IMG/VR virus record: IMGVR_UViG_3300012349_000007
Coordinates: 1 to 55,820 of that record
DNA length: 55,820 nucleotides
Source: a virus
Lineage: Duplodnaviria > Caudoviricetes
Direction: 5' to 3' (one strand)
Shown here: in pieces, positions 29,457 through 39,581 of the stretch
How the letters are laid out: each line of letters starts with the position of its first letter
Numbering within the stretch: position 1 is the first letter of the stretch
Position numbers and translations under genes: made by a program
The notes under the pieces: generated by a model
The model's database searches: none
What the model saw: only the letters and a program-made list of their open reading frames with translations
Told to the model about the DNA's origin: nothing

Positions 29457-29738
29457 GAATTTCCTCTTTCTATCGATATGGACGAACATATGGGGGTAAT
29501 CATGGCAGGTATCCTATCACAGTCGGGGGAAATGTGGGTGGAAATATGGTGAATATTTGCGCACAAGTGGAGCGATTTCTCAACATCAGGGGAGGCAAGC
29601 GAGGATTGCATAGGAATGTCAAAGGGTGTCTCGCTTGCCGTGAGATGCATCTGCTGAGAGTGTAGCACAAGTATTCTTGAAAAATCAAGAAATATCTTGT
29701 ATAACTTAACTAGGAATGTCAAACCTCCACACAGCAGT

Positions 29739-30779
29739 ATGACCAGAAACGACGAATGGCCGCCGTTTGCCTTTGCACCTTCAGACCCATGGGGAAGGTG
29801 CTATTTGTCATTCCTTCGCAGAAAGTTTGACCGATCTGGCAGTCAAAGTACGCTCGTCCACTACCGACAGTACCTCATCCAATTCTTCACGGAGCCCGTC
29901 GCAAAAATGCCAGATCGCTATACACGCGAGGATGTTGAGGCGTTTATTCATAGTCCTGGCCGGGGACCAGGGAGAGAAGGTGATCCGCCTTCTGTCGGCC
30001 TGATGAATAATAGGCTGAGCCTGTTAAACTCGTTCTACAACTATGCTGCAAGCTATAGCATCACTGGGGAAGACGGCAGTATAGAGCCATTAATGAAACG
30101 CATGTCACCGACTGCTGGGCTAAAGCACATGCAGCGGGAGCGTCCACCGTACCGTGCGATGACGGCTAATGAATTACAGCGCTTCTTTGATGCTATCCCC
30201 AAAGACACGGTTATCGGGCTCCGCGATAGAGCGTTATTTTTGACCTATTTCTACACGGCACGCAGGCGGAGCGAGATTGTTGATTTGCGCTGGGGCGACC
30301 TCGAATATGGAACCATCATTGATGGAAACATGCGGTACAATTCGTGGATTTACCATTTTCGTGGTAAAGGGCATAAGCGTCAAGATGACTCCGCGGAGTT
30401 GCCCCTCCCAGCGAAAGTAGCGATAGATCGCTATTTGGAAGTTTCGGGTCGGAAGGACAGCATCAAATCTGAAGACCCCATTTTCACTGCTGCTGATAGG
30501 CGATACAAAAGCAATCCACCGCGACCACTTCACCCTAACACGGTGTGGCACGCGGTGAAGGTCTACGCGGCTAAGGCAGGACTTGATCCGAGGAAAGTAA
30601 CAACGCACAGTTTCAGACACACAAGTGCCAGGCGTCGTTTTGAAGCCGGTTCAACTATTCGAGAAATTCAAATCCTGCTGCGTCACTCCACCATGGCCGT
30701 GACCCATCTGTATCTTGAAGAGTCGTCAGCAGCGGACCCTGGTGCGAAACTCCTGGAAAAGCTATTCGAAGATTTGTGA
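29739..30779 (+). CDS. tyrosine recombinase, XerC/D-like (1)
   Basis: RDRAL...TARRRSE, GKG, HSFRH, LRHS, HLY catalytic set. Confidence 0.95.
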   Translation: MTRNDEWPPFAFAPSDPWGRCYLSFLRRKFDRSGSQSTLVHYRQYLIQFFTEPVAKMPDRYTREDVEAFIHSPGRGPGREGDPPSVGLMNNRLSLLNSFYNYAASYSITGEDGSIEPLMKRMSPTAGLKHMQRERPPYRAMTANELQRFFDAIPKDTVIGLRDRALFLTYFYTARRRSEIVDLRWGDLEYGTIIDGNMRYNSWIYHFRGKGHKRQDDSAELPLPAKVAIDRYLEVSGRKDSIKSEDPIFTAADRRYKSNPPRPLHPNTVWHAVKVYAAKAGLDPRKVTTHSFRHTSARRRFEAGSTIREIQILLRHSTMAVTHLYLEESSAADPGAKLLEKLFEDL

Positions 30780-30782
30780 CGT

Positions 30783-30822
30783 GCAACGAGCCAGGCTACT
30801 TACGGTTCACCTGGCTCGTTGC
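30783..30822. terminator. hairpin after recombinase 1
   Basis: GCAACGAGCCAGG-N14-CCTGGCTCGTTGC, 13 bp stem. Confidence 0.6.
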
Positions 30823-31226
30823 GGTCGTTTGAGTCGCTTTATCTGATTGTGGTATGGCACTATGATAGCATGCTACAGATCAATCTACAAGCTCGCGCTC
30901 CAATTGTCCTACCTACAAGCCCTTACACCCAATGAGACGCAGGGCAACAGAAAAGATAAAATCCCATTGTTGAGTTGAAGTGTGATTCTCTCAACCTTTT
31001 TCCCAAAATCACACCGAATCTTAACATTTTTCCACACTCCCCATTTTGGGCAATCCTGGGCTACAATAAAATCGTGAGAAACGTGGTAAGGGATTTCCAT
31101 TCATGCCGTGCGACTCCAATCAACACAAAATTGGGGCATAGTACCCCTTGCAATTCCTGAAATGGTATGGTATTCTTACATTGTCCACATGCAACCTTGC
31201 CAATCGTGGATGAAATAGGAGGGACT

Positions 31227-31421
31227 ATGCTAAACATGCCAACTGATCGAGAATTGACCTTAGCCGAAGTCGCGGCAAGCCTACGTGTAAGTGTGGACAA
31301 AGCTCGTGACTATCTGAGCAATGGGGATATACCGGCCTGGAAGGTTGGTCGCCAGTGGCGCGTACGTGAAAGCGACGTGGAAGCATTCAAACGTATGCAG
31401 CGAGAGAAGCGCCAGAAATAG
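31227..31421 (+). CDS. excisionase-like HTH_17 DNA-binding protein (1)
   Basis: LTLAEVAASLRVS...GDIPAWKVGRQWRV; AGGAGG RBS. Confidence 0.9.
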   Translation: MLNMPTDRELTLAEVAASLRVSVDKARDYLSNGDIPAWKVGRQWRVRESDVEAFKRMQREKRQK

Positions 31422-31714
31422 AAATGTGAAAGCGCCCGCCTCCCTGTCTGGTGCATTCCGACGTTGGGAAACGAGCGCTCAGTGCTGTCCAGGCAAAGCA
31501 TACCATATTTGCCTGGGGATTGAAAGGGGTATATTGTGCTGCCTACAGACACAAAAATTGGCGGGAATACTCCCGCCACGAGTCCATCGCTCTCCTCACG
31601 GTGTGACACCGTGTTACACAAGTGCGATGTTGCACATACAACAACTAACGACGACCTAGGGTCAATTTCTACTCTCAATTGTAGCACACGGTGTATCAGG
31701 TTGCGAGGTGGAGT

Positions 31715-31984
31715 ATGAACGTGATCTACAAATATCCAGTCAAACCAGATGCCTCTATCGAGTTGCCGCAAGGCGCTCGGATTTTGAGCATTCACGTTCA
31801 ACATAGTGTCCCATGCCTATGGGCGCTCGTCAATCTAGAGGCGCCAAAGGAAGTACGACGATTTCATACCATCCCTACCGGCCAACCATTTGACGATAGC
31901 AGGCTTACCTACATCGGCACGTTTCATGGCATTGAAGGATGGATGGTGTTTCATCTCTTTGAAGAAACCAGAGGTGGAGCATGA
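31715..31984 (+). CDS. conserved phage hypothetical protein
   Basis: IYKYPV...LPQGARILS...CLWALV...TG...YIGT...VFHLFE. Confidence 0.7.
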   Translation: MNVIYKYPVKPDASIELPQGARILSIHVQHSVPCLWALVNLEAPKEVRRFHTIPTGQPFDDSRLTYIGTFHGIEGWMVFHLFEETRGGA

Positions 31985-33860
31985 ACCGACTCACACCCAA
32001 ACATGTCCCTCCACCCGATAAGCGCACCGTGGAGGATTTCAAACAGTTCCTGGAATGGGCGGGGAGCCCGTCCTATCCTGGGGTCTACATCCACCTGGCA
32101 CGAGGGTGGTACCAGGGCCTGATTACCATCGAGGAAGGGCAACGCATCGAGGCAGAGCGGCAGGTGTGGCAGGAGGCGAGGGTATGAACTTCACTGAGCA
32201 ATTCTTTGATATCCTCTGCCTGAACATCAACACAGGTCAGTCCGTGAAAGTCCCGAAGTATGGCTATATGGCAGAGGGAACGGGCCTCGCCTACTATCCC
32301 GATCTCGACCCTGAAGGCGAGGAGATATTCCCGATCACCCATCTCGCCAGCGGGCTTCAAGCCGGTCCGAAATTCTACTCGGAGGATGACAGTAGGGCCT
32401 TTATCGAGAAGATCGCACCGCTCATCGATTGGCATCAGGACGCGAAAGCCATCTTTGGGATAGCTGATCTACAGGCACAAATCAAGCGAGCGGTGCTTGA
32501 AGTCGCGGGAGACAACGAATATAGTTTCTCTCGCACAAGCAAAAGATGTAGAAAAGCCCTTTTGCAAAAGTCCAAAGAGATCGCAGGGGTGCAACATGAA
32601 TGAGCCCATCACCGGCGTTGCACCAGATGCAACATACGATCCTGACATAGAACTGCTCTACGAAGATGACGACACACCAACGGTGAAGCGGGCCGCCATC
32701 GAGGGTACGGTGAAGTTGCCGGTTGTGGAGGTGTGACATGGCAAATTTGGGAAACACTGGACATCGCTACAGAATGGTCAGGCAGACCAGCGTAGAGATT
32801 AACAAGTATGGCTTCCCTGTAGTCTTTATGGAGTGCGGTCATCATATCATCTGTAGCACGAAATGGGCAACAGCAGAGGAGATCGTAGCCAACGTCACGG
32901 CTCACATCGGCATGAAACAGCGCTGTGAAGAGTGCGGAAAGAGAAAGCCATGATTACCGATCTCATCGCCCACTCTGAACAGCAGCTCCACCTCGAAGCC
33001 GTCTACCACGAGGCCAAAGAGAGCGAGCGTGCAGCATGGCAGGCCGATATTGACAACCCGTACGGCAACCACGAGCGCTTCTATTCCCAGTGCTACTTGC
33101 GTGCATTTTGGGGGATGCGTGAAGCATGGTGGAACTGGCGGGCTGCGCGGGAGAGTGAGGGCACGAAATGACCAGATACGATGTCCTGATACACAGACTC
33201 AATGCATTGCCATTTAGCAAGACAGTACCGCGAGAAATGGCAATGAACCTGCTAGAAGAGATACGCCTGAGAGACAAACTCATAAGCGATTTTCGTACAT
33301 TCCTGCTCAGTTGGAATGCATCTCTACCCGGGCAAGCTTCCCAGGAACATAAACAGCGCTGGGAACGGGAACGAGCAAGCCTCTTGAAATCGGTGGCAGA
33401 GACATTAGAGGGGCAATCCGGGGGAAGTGAGGCACAATCGTGAACGATAACCCCGATGTCTACAACGTCACCATTCAGCATGTAGCCATTGCCGCGTCTA
33501 CGATTGGCTTTGAAGTCCATCGCAAGCCAGGGTACTACATCCTCTTGACCGATGCCTTATCGGGCTATGGAGACGCGGTAAAGTTCCCTGATAGCCCGCA
33601 TGGCTACACAGAGGCCCTGGCATGGATACGGGAAATAGCGGGTGATGAGGAGGCCAATCGTGACTGAGATTCCACGTACTGGTGATGTAGTGCAAGTCAC
33701 CATTGAAGGGACTGTACTAAGTACTACTCAGGGAAGTTTTATCTCTGTTTCGTTTCGTGATGCTTTCGCAAACGTACATACCCTTTGGTTTAGCGGGGTA
33801 AACAAAGTGGAGCGAGTCACACCAAAGGCCAATCAAGAGCAACAGGAGGCACAATCGTGA
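31981..33860 (+). CDS. run of about eight translationally coupled small hypothetical genes (31981-32187, 32184-32603, 32596-32736, 32738-32953, 32950-33171, 33168-33443, 33440-33667, 33660-33860)
   Basis: GGAG/GAGG RBSs with ATGA/GTGA stop-start overlaps; 32738-32953 has ECGH...CEEC. Confidence 0.6.
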
Positions 33861-33916
33861 CTGAGCCACGTGGGAGTGTGTTGGTATGGAATATAAAGAC
33901 GACGTATAGTTTCCAC

Positions 33917-33945
33917 TTGACCGAATTGTATCAATGTGGTATGCT
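33917..33945 (+). promoter_or_regulatory. sigma70-type promoter of the replication operon
   Basis: TTGACC-N17-TATGCT with TGn extension. Confidence 0.6.
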
Positions 33946-33983
33946 TACAGTGGCATATCGTACGTATGCCAAAGGAGGTTCTA

Positions 33984-34181
33984 GTGATCACTATGGACTA
34001 TTTAACCGCAGAGGAGGTAGCTACAGAGCTTCGATATTCGGTCACAACTGTAAAACGGATGCTTCGTACCAACGAAATGCCAGGCTACAAGTTTGGCGGC
34101 GAATGGCGCATCGACCGGGCCGAGTACGAAGAGTGGAAGCGACAACGCAAAAATCAATATCAGAAACCAGCAGAGGATTAA
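33984..34181 (+). CDS. excisionase-like HTH_17 DNA-binding protein (2)
   Basis: YLTAEEVATELRYS...GYKFGGEWRI; AAGGAGG RBS. Confidence 0.9.
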   Translation: MITMDYLTAEEVATELRYSVTTVKRMLRTNEMPGYKFGGEWRIDRAEYEEWKRQRKNQYQKPAED

Positions 34182-34356
34182 CTGACCTTCTGGTTTTTCC
34201 AGTAGCGCACGTGCTGCAAAGAAGTCTCCACACACCTATGCAGCACGCTGTGTAGCACTACCTTGCTATCATTTTGCCATAGAACATGGCAAAAGGCAAG
34301 GGTAAGTTGCAGGGAATTCTACTGCTATTTCTAATGAACGTGAAGGGCAAAGGGCA

Positions 34357-35871
34357 ATGAATCAGCATAGTGTGAAGACCGAAGAGCAAAAGGATAACGA
34401 CAATTACGCAAAGAACTTTACACGAGTTCCTAACATTCTTTTTGAGTCGTATAAGTATCTCACCAAAGAAGAGGTGCTTCTCTACATACGGCTGCGCTAT
34501 ATCTACTGGGATACGAAGCCGCGCTATCTCTCTCTGAGAGAACTGGCAGATATAACCGGATACTCGACAGGGGCATTAAGCAAAATGCTACCGCGCCTGA
34601 CGATCGTCGGTTTAATCCATGCTGAAATCAGAAGGAAAAAGGGCAAAGACGGTAAGGAAAAAGGCAATCCCATATATCACATCACCATCAATGATATATG
34701 GGAAGAAAACCGCAAGTTCTTCACAGAAGGGCATTTTGACCCAAGTGAAGCGCTACTTGTTCACGAAATGAATGAAACCAGTTCACCAAATGAACAGGAT
34801 ACACCGAAACCAGTTCACCAAATGAACAAGCCTGTTCATAAAATGAACGACCCTGTTCACGAAACCAGACAAGATAGTTCACCAAATGAACAGGATCAAG
34901 CACAAAATAACCCACATAAGACTAATAGTAAGACTATTGATAATACTTCAACACAAGAAGAGAGTGTTACGCCCACCATTGCAGACGTGCCGGCATGTGG
35001 CGCTAACGCGCCAGCACTCTCTGCTTTGCCACTTCAAGAAAAAATGCTTGAAGAGGAAACGATCTGCTCTAAGTGTGGCAATCTTACTATCACCCCAAAT
35101 GATTGCCCTTGGTGTAAAGCGTCAAAACAAGTTTCCCTCCAAGAGAAAGGACAGACCGATGGAAGCAGCAACAATAATCATCGTCATCTCAGCAGTCTCA
35201 ATAGCCACCAACCTCTTCGTCAGCAATTGGATACTGCTGACGATACGCATGGAGCTACGCCTACTCAACAGAAAGAAGGATTAACCGATGGACATGACAG
35301 CATTCACAACCCTACTCATCTTCTGGATCATGGTAGCAATCTTAGCATTGGCACTCACAGCGATCGTCATCCTGGAAAATCGCCCGTAGCCCAACAGACA
35401 TCCACCTCCAAGCCTGTTCAGGAAGTCCCCCCACTTGCCACTTTGAGCAAGGTGCCTGAACAGGCCGCGTTGATGGCACCTGCGGAACCGAAACCGCGTG
35501 CCAGATCGGCACCGAAAAAGGCCGTAGAGAAGCCAGCGGGCCCGCCTCCAAGCGAGATGGAGTGGAGCACACGCAAATGTATGATGTTGTTCGATTTCTG
35601 GCGTGGAGCGCCACTGATCGGTACGTACAAAAACTCGCAGGCGTCCACGTGTGCGAAGGGATTAGCCGCCAACTACACCGAGCAGCAGGTAGTTGATGCG
35701 AGAACGGATATGGAAGCTGACATTTATTGGATGTCTCACGGAGGAGTAGATATCTGCGAGGTAGCGAACAACATCCACAAATATGTCAGGAAGCGCCAAC
35801 TAACTATTGTGGAGAAAGCTCCAGTGCCGGTGAAAATTGACCGCGAATACTTGAAGAGAGTGAAGCCATGA
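34357..35871 (+). CDS. replication initiator (lambda O-like, N-terminal wHTH)
   Basis: FTRVPN...LSLRELADITGYS wHTH, internal iterons, followed by DnaB. Confidence 0.85.
   Translation: MNQHSVKTEEQKDNDNYAKNFTRVPNILFESYKYLTKEEVLLYIRLRYIYWDTKPRYLSLRELADITGYSTGALSKMLPRLTIVGLIHAEIRRKKGKDGKEKGNPIYHITINDIWEENRKFFTEGHFDPSEALLVHEMNETSSPNEQDTPKPVHQMNKPVHKMNDPVHETRQDSSPNEQDQAQNNPHKTNSKTIDNTSTQEESVTPTIADVPACGANAPALSALPLQEKMLEEETICSKCGNLTITPNDCPWCKASKQVSLQEKGQTDGSSNNNHRHLSSLNSHQPLRQQLDTADDTHGATPTQQKEGLTDGHDSIHNPTHLLDHGSNLSIGTHSDRHPGKSPVAQQTSTSKPVQEVPPLATLSKVPEQAALMAPAEPKPRARSAPKKAVEKPAGPPPSEMEWSTRKCMMLFDFWRGAPLIGTYKNSQASTCAKGLAANYTEQQVVDARTDMEADIYWMSHGGVDICEVANNIHKYVRKRQLTIVEKAPVPVKIDREYLKRVKP
34759..34891. 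repeat. replication origin iterons GTTCA-N5-TGAAC
   Basis: Copies at 34759 (one mismatch), 34781, 34813, 34834, 34855 (half site) and 34877; spacing 21-22 or 32 bp; AT-rich tract follows. Confidence 0.85.
35159..35284 (+). CDS. overprinted 41 aa membrane peptide inside the initiator (+1 frame)
   Basis: AAAGGA RBS; MEAATIIIVISAVSIATNLFVSNWILLTIRMELRLLNRKKD. Confidence 0.55.
   Translation: MEAATIIIVISAVSIATNLFVSNWILLTIRMELRLLNRKKD
35288..35389 (+). CDS. overprinted 33 aa membrane peptide inside the initiator (+1 frame)
   Basis: GAAGGA RBS; MDMTAFTTLLIFWIMVAILALALTAIVILENRP. Confidence 0.55.
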   Translation: MDMTAFTTLLIFWIMVAILALALTAIVILENRP

Positions 35872-37205
35872 CCGAGAAATGGGTACCAACCAACGTGGAG
35901 GCAGAGGAAAGCGTGCTTTCTCACTTGCTCAGTGCTCCACGCAAAATCACGGAAGTGGTAGATCGTTTATCCCCTGAGCACTTCTGTTCAGATCGCGCCA
36001 GCCGTGTCTACCAACTCATGGTGACGTTAGCGCATCAGGGGAAGGCATGTACCGTCTCTAACGTCTATGATGCCTGGGCAAGAGCATATGGGGTGGACGA
36101 TGAAGTCTATGATTTTCTTGAAGACCGCTATGGCCTCTTTTCTGCATTCATGACGCCTTTTGAAGACCAGGTGGAGAAAGTCATTCGCGTGCATACCATG
36201 CGCCGTCTCATCTCAGCCGCTCAGCATATCGCAGAAGTCGCCTATGCTCAGGATGACAATGCTATGGACGTAGCCGAGCAACTTATTTACGATATTGCCA
36301 GGGGCGTAGACGGTGATACAGTGGCAACGCTGGCGCAAGTGAAGCAGCGCTACATGCAAGAGTTTGAGCAACGGCGTGAAAACCTCCTCAACGGCATAGC
36401 CAATGGCATTCCGACCGGCTTTCATGAGCTAGATGTCATCTTAGGCGGTTTGCAGCCCTCCAATCTCTATACCCTCGCAGCTCGTCCTAGCCTGGGTAAG
36501 ACAGCCCTGGCACTCAACTTTGCTCTCTACATCGCTAGACATGCCCGCCGGTGCCTGTTTTTTAGCCTGGAGATGAGTGAGTTAGAGTTATTCCAGCGCT
36601 TGCTAGCCATAGAAACGCCTGTCGATCAATCGTTCTTACGCGACGGCGATGTGAACGAGCAGGAACTTGAAGATATCCGCTACACGGCTAACGACCTGGC
36701 TGAACTCGATATGTTGATAGATGACCGAACCTATACCCTGGCTGGTATATGCAGCAAGGCCCGGCGTGAACATGCCCGCAAACCACTTAATCTCATCGTG
36801 GTTGATTACCTCCAATTGATCGATACTTCCCCGGAAGGGCGAAACAAGAACAAGATGCGCTACGAGGAAGTAGGCGAATTCTCGAAACGGTTGAAACGTC
36901 TGGCCAAAGAGTTGAAAGTGCCGGTCATTGCCATAGCGCAACTCAACCGCGACGTGGAAAGCCGACAAAGCCCAAAGCCGCGTATGTCTGATTTAGGCGA
37001 AAGTGGCAAACTTGAGCAGGATATGGACGTTGTGGCCTTCGTCTACTGCGAGGAAACTGAGCTTGCAAAAAAGGAGAACTGCGAACCGTACAAAGTCCAT
37101 GTTCACGTGGCCAAGCACCGTAATGGACGCTTAGGCGATGTCGAGTTGTGGTTCAGGCCCCGGATCACCAAATTCCAGGATGAGGAGCCGGACTATGAGC
37201 AATGA
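35868..37205 (+). CDS. dnaB: replicative DNA helicase, DnaB family
   Basis: AARPSLGKT, FSLEMS, IVVDYLQL, AQLNR, SGKLEQDMD, KHRNG. Confidence 0.97.
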   Translation: MTEKWVPTNVEAEESVLSHLLSAPRKITEVVDRLSPEHFCSDRASRVYQLMVTLAHQGKACTVSNVYDAWARAYGVDDEVYDFLEDRYGLFSAFMTPFEDQVEKVIRVHTMRRLISAAQHIAEVAYAQDDNAMDVAEQLIYDIARGVDGDTVATLAQVKQRYMQEFEQRRENLLNGIANGIPTGFHELDVILGGLQPSNLYTLAARPSLGKTALALNFALYIARHARRCLFFSLEMSELELFQRLLAIETPVDQSFLRDGDVNEQELEDIRYTANDLAELDMLIDDRTYTLAGICSKARREHARKPLNLIVVDYLQLIDTSPEGRNKNKMRYEEVGEFSKRLKRLAKELKVPVIAIAQLNRDVESRQSPKPRMSDLGESGKLEQDMDVVAFVYCEETELAKKENCEPYKVHVHVAKHRNGRLGDVELWFRPRITKFQDEEPDYEQ

Positions 37206-37509
37206 GGATTATCCGGCCATGTGCTTGAATACAGCCCATGCATTCGCCAGTCCGTTTGAAGTTGTTTTTGCTACGCGCACCGATGCCTGCTGGCTGTACT
37301 GGTGCGAGGATTGTAGGCACCGTGGACAGTTGCTGGACTGGGGGGCAAGGCATAACTGGCCTGAGATAGCGATACATCCCTACGCCGTGGCTTCGGGCAT
37401 GGACTTCTGGCAAACGGCTGTACTTCTCGGCAGTGACGATATGATCTGGATGTTTTTGGGGCTTATCGAGATGCTTGATATGGAGATACGAGAGGAAGCA
37501 AAAGTATGA
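37195..37509 (+). CDS. hypothetical Cys-containing protein
   Basis: GAGGAG RBS overlapping the dnaB end; WCEDC. Confidence 0.6.
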   Translation: MSNEDYPAMCLNTAHAFASPFEVVFATRTDACWLYWCEDCRHRGQLLDWGARHNWPEIAIHPYAVASGMDFWQTAVLLGSDDMIWMFLGLIEMLDMEIREEAKV

Positions 37510-37724
37510 CCTGGACGATCATTTTTACCATAAGCGCGTCTACCCTGCTCATCGCGGTCTTCGTAGCCGATCTGCGAACCATGCAGACCGAACACGAGAC
37601 GAAGCAGCCACCAATGGAGCTTGCCGAATTCTCCCGCGCAATGAAACAACTGGATGATTTCAGCGAGACCGAGATATGGAAACTGTACGGCGTGTATCGC
37701 CAGAGAGGAAAGGTACAGGTATGA
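37506..37724 (+). CDS. small membrane-anchored protein
   Basis: N-terminal TM helix, ATGA coupling. Confidence 0.6.
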   Translation: MTWTIIFTISASTLLIAVFVADLRTMQTEHETKQPPMELAEFSRAMKQLDDFSETEIWKLYGVYRQRGKVQV

Positions 37725-38032
37725 CCACCTACGAAGATGTGCAGCGTTTCAAAGCGCTGGCCGACCCAACGCGCTTAACCTTGTTGCAAATCATTAGCCG
37801 CGGGGACGGTCTGCTGAATGTCATTGACTTGCGAGAGAAGCTGAACGTGCAGCTAGGCCGCCGACTTTCGCAACCGACAATTTCGCATCATCTGGGCATC
37901 CTCCGAGATGCGCGACTCGTGGACTCGACGAAAGACGGCCTGGAAGCTTTTTATCGGCTTCGTAGCGATGCATTGACATGCGCGATGGAGGTCTTACGCA
38001 CGATTGCGAGAAGGCAAGAGGTAGCGGTGTAA
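37721..38032 (+). CDS. ArsR/SmtB family transcriptional regulator
   Basis: FKALADPTRL...LSQPTISHHLGILRDARLV. Confidence 0.92.
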   Translation: MTTYEDVQRFKALADPTRLTLLQIISRGDGLLNVIDLREKLNVQLGRRLSQPTISHHLGILRDARLVDSTKDGLEAFYRLRSDALTCAMEVLRTIARRQEVAV

Positions 38033-38243
38033 TGTCAACCGGCAATGAGGACATCCGACTCAGGAATGCCATTTTTAGCGGCGTAGTAATCCGTAGGGCG
38101 CCTCTAAGAGAGAGGCAGGTATATTGAGAGGTTGGAAAGAGAAGTGCCCTCTCTTGGCTGTACCAATCGCAAGAAATACGATTGAGCAAAAGAAAGGAAA
38201 ATGGGGATGACCACAAACCCACACCTGCTACGTCGCTGGCTGC

Positions 38244-38576
38244 ATGGAGCCTACGTACACCATCGGCGGCACATGCGAGAAGCACAATGCTGAATTTCGT
38301 GCCCAGTGGAAAGACGAGCATACCCGCAAGCCAGGCGACCGCCGTTCGCGTTGGCTTATCGGTGACAAGTGCCAGGTCAAGCTCGGCCAAACGACCTATG
38401 ACGCGGAAATTATCGATATGAGCGATGTAAGCCGTGCTGAGTCCAATTACGACCTGGTGCAATTGCGACTTTCCAAGACGGTGAAAGGGCTCGATGGGAA
38501 GCCTTATGCACAGACCTGGGTACATCCTGAGCCGGTACAGAGCTATCGGCTCAAAAAGGCGTTGTTGAAAGATTAG
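38244..38576 (+). CDS. hypothetical protein with SH3-like C-terminus; 5' end appears frameshifted
   Basis: Frame is open from 38211 and contains CYVAGC...CEKH, but the RBS-linked ATGs (38201, 38207) are out of frame. Confidence 0.55.
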   Translation: MEPTYTIGGTCEKHNAEFRAQWKDEHTRKPGDRRSRWLIGDKCQVKLGQTTYDAEIIDMSDVSRAESNYDLVQLRLSKTVKGLDGKPYAQTWVHPEPVQSYRLKKALLKD

Positions 38577-38654
38577 TGGCTGGCCCGAAGACCAGCCGGA
38601 GCCCGATTAAGTGGTTCAGGCTCGTATGTAGAACGAGCGGAAAGGCAAAGAACA

Positions 38655-39581
38655 ATGGCAAATCTCAATTTTTGGAAAGCATCAGATGAGCCTGGGGAAA
38701 ATGCGAAGGCAGCAGCAGGCATTATCAAGGTGATTGTGTTTCTGATTCTCATCGGAGTCGTGGTGTATAGCGAGTACATGTTCATCGGCATTATCAGTGT
38801 GATTTTGCCCGATGGTGTCAACAAAATAGGTGCCCTCATTGGCGCGGTCGCTACCGGTGCCTCTGTGTTGACGCTAGTAGCCGCTAAACTCCTCTGGATT
38901 ACTCCTGGTGGGCAAATGGTGTGGTCGTGGATATTCACCGGCTGCGAGGTGTTTATCTTGATCCTGAACGATATGCTGGCCTATGCGCTTCACTACGGCG
39001 CAGCTACTGGCATTCTCGCAGGGTGGCAGCAAATCACCCCAGCTTCGCCTGTCTTTGCCCTCATTGGCTGGATTCTTATCTTGCTCCTCGACCGAGCCCA
39101 ACGGGAGCGGCATAGAGACATGGAATTAGAAGCCAAGAAAGCGGCTGCTGAGAGAAAATACAAGGAAGCGGCCCACAGGGCTGAAATGGAACTGAGAGGC
39201 AATCACTTAAATCAAGTGACAGGCCGATTGCAAGAAGTTCTTTCCTCTGATGCTATCCAGATGCAAATCATGCGGCATGCAGAGCAGATGGTAGCGCGTG
39301 TACTCACCGATGTTTCTGGTATCACGGCCATAAACTACACGCCTACCCAACAAGCACAGATACCAGAAAAGTCTCTTGCACAACAGAGTTATGTCAAGTT
39401 ACAGGATGATCCTGTAACCAGTGCTTTGAACACAAGTTCAGTTGACCCTGAGAAGTTTGCTGACCTTATTGAAATGGCACAGCAATACGGATCACTGACA
39501 AGGGAAGAAGCTGACCCTTTACTACGGGCTCTGAGCGAGAACCAGGCCAAGACTCAGAGCAACGGACACCAACAGAAGTAG
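38655..39581 (+). CDS. four-TM membrane protein with coiled coil (short form of a frameshift gene)
   Basis: Four hydrophobic helices then a charged coiled coil; CCCTTTA slippery site near the end. Confidence 0.85.
   Translation: MANLNFWKASDEPGENAKAAAGIIKVIVFLILIGVVVYSEYMFIGIISVILPDGVNKIGALIGAVATGASVLTLVAAKLLWITPGGQMVWSWIFTGCEVFILILNDMLAYALHYGAATGILAGWQQITPASPVFALIGWILILLLDRAQRERHRDMELEAKKAAAERKYKEAAHRAEMELRGNHLNQVTGRLQEVLSSDAIQMQIMRHAEQMVARVLTDVSGITAINYTPTQQAQIPEKSLAQQSYVKLQDDPVTSALNTSSVDPEKFADLIEMAQQYGSLTREEADPLLRALSENQAKTQSNGHQQK

Noticed and set aside
32520-32585. Second MITE suggested by the GCAAAAG/CTTTTGC hairpin
   Set aside because: No matching termini or TA duplication, and the reading frame is intact
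34759-34891. Spaced palindromic repeats as a mini CRISPR array
   Set aside because: Repeats are 15 bp with 6-17 bp gaps inside an initiator gene, which fits iterons; no cas genes
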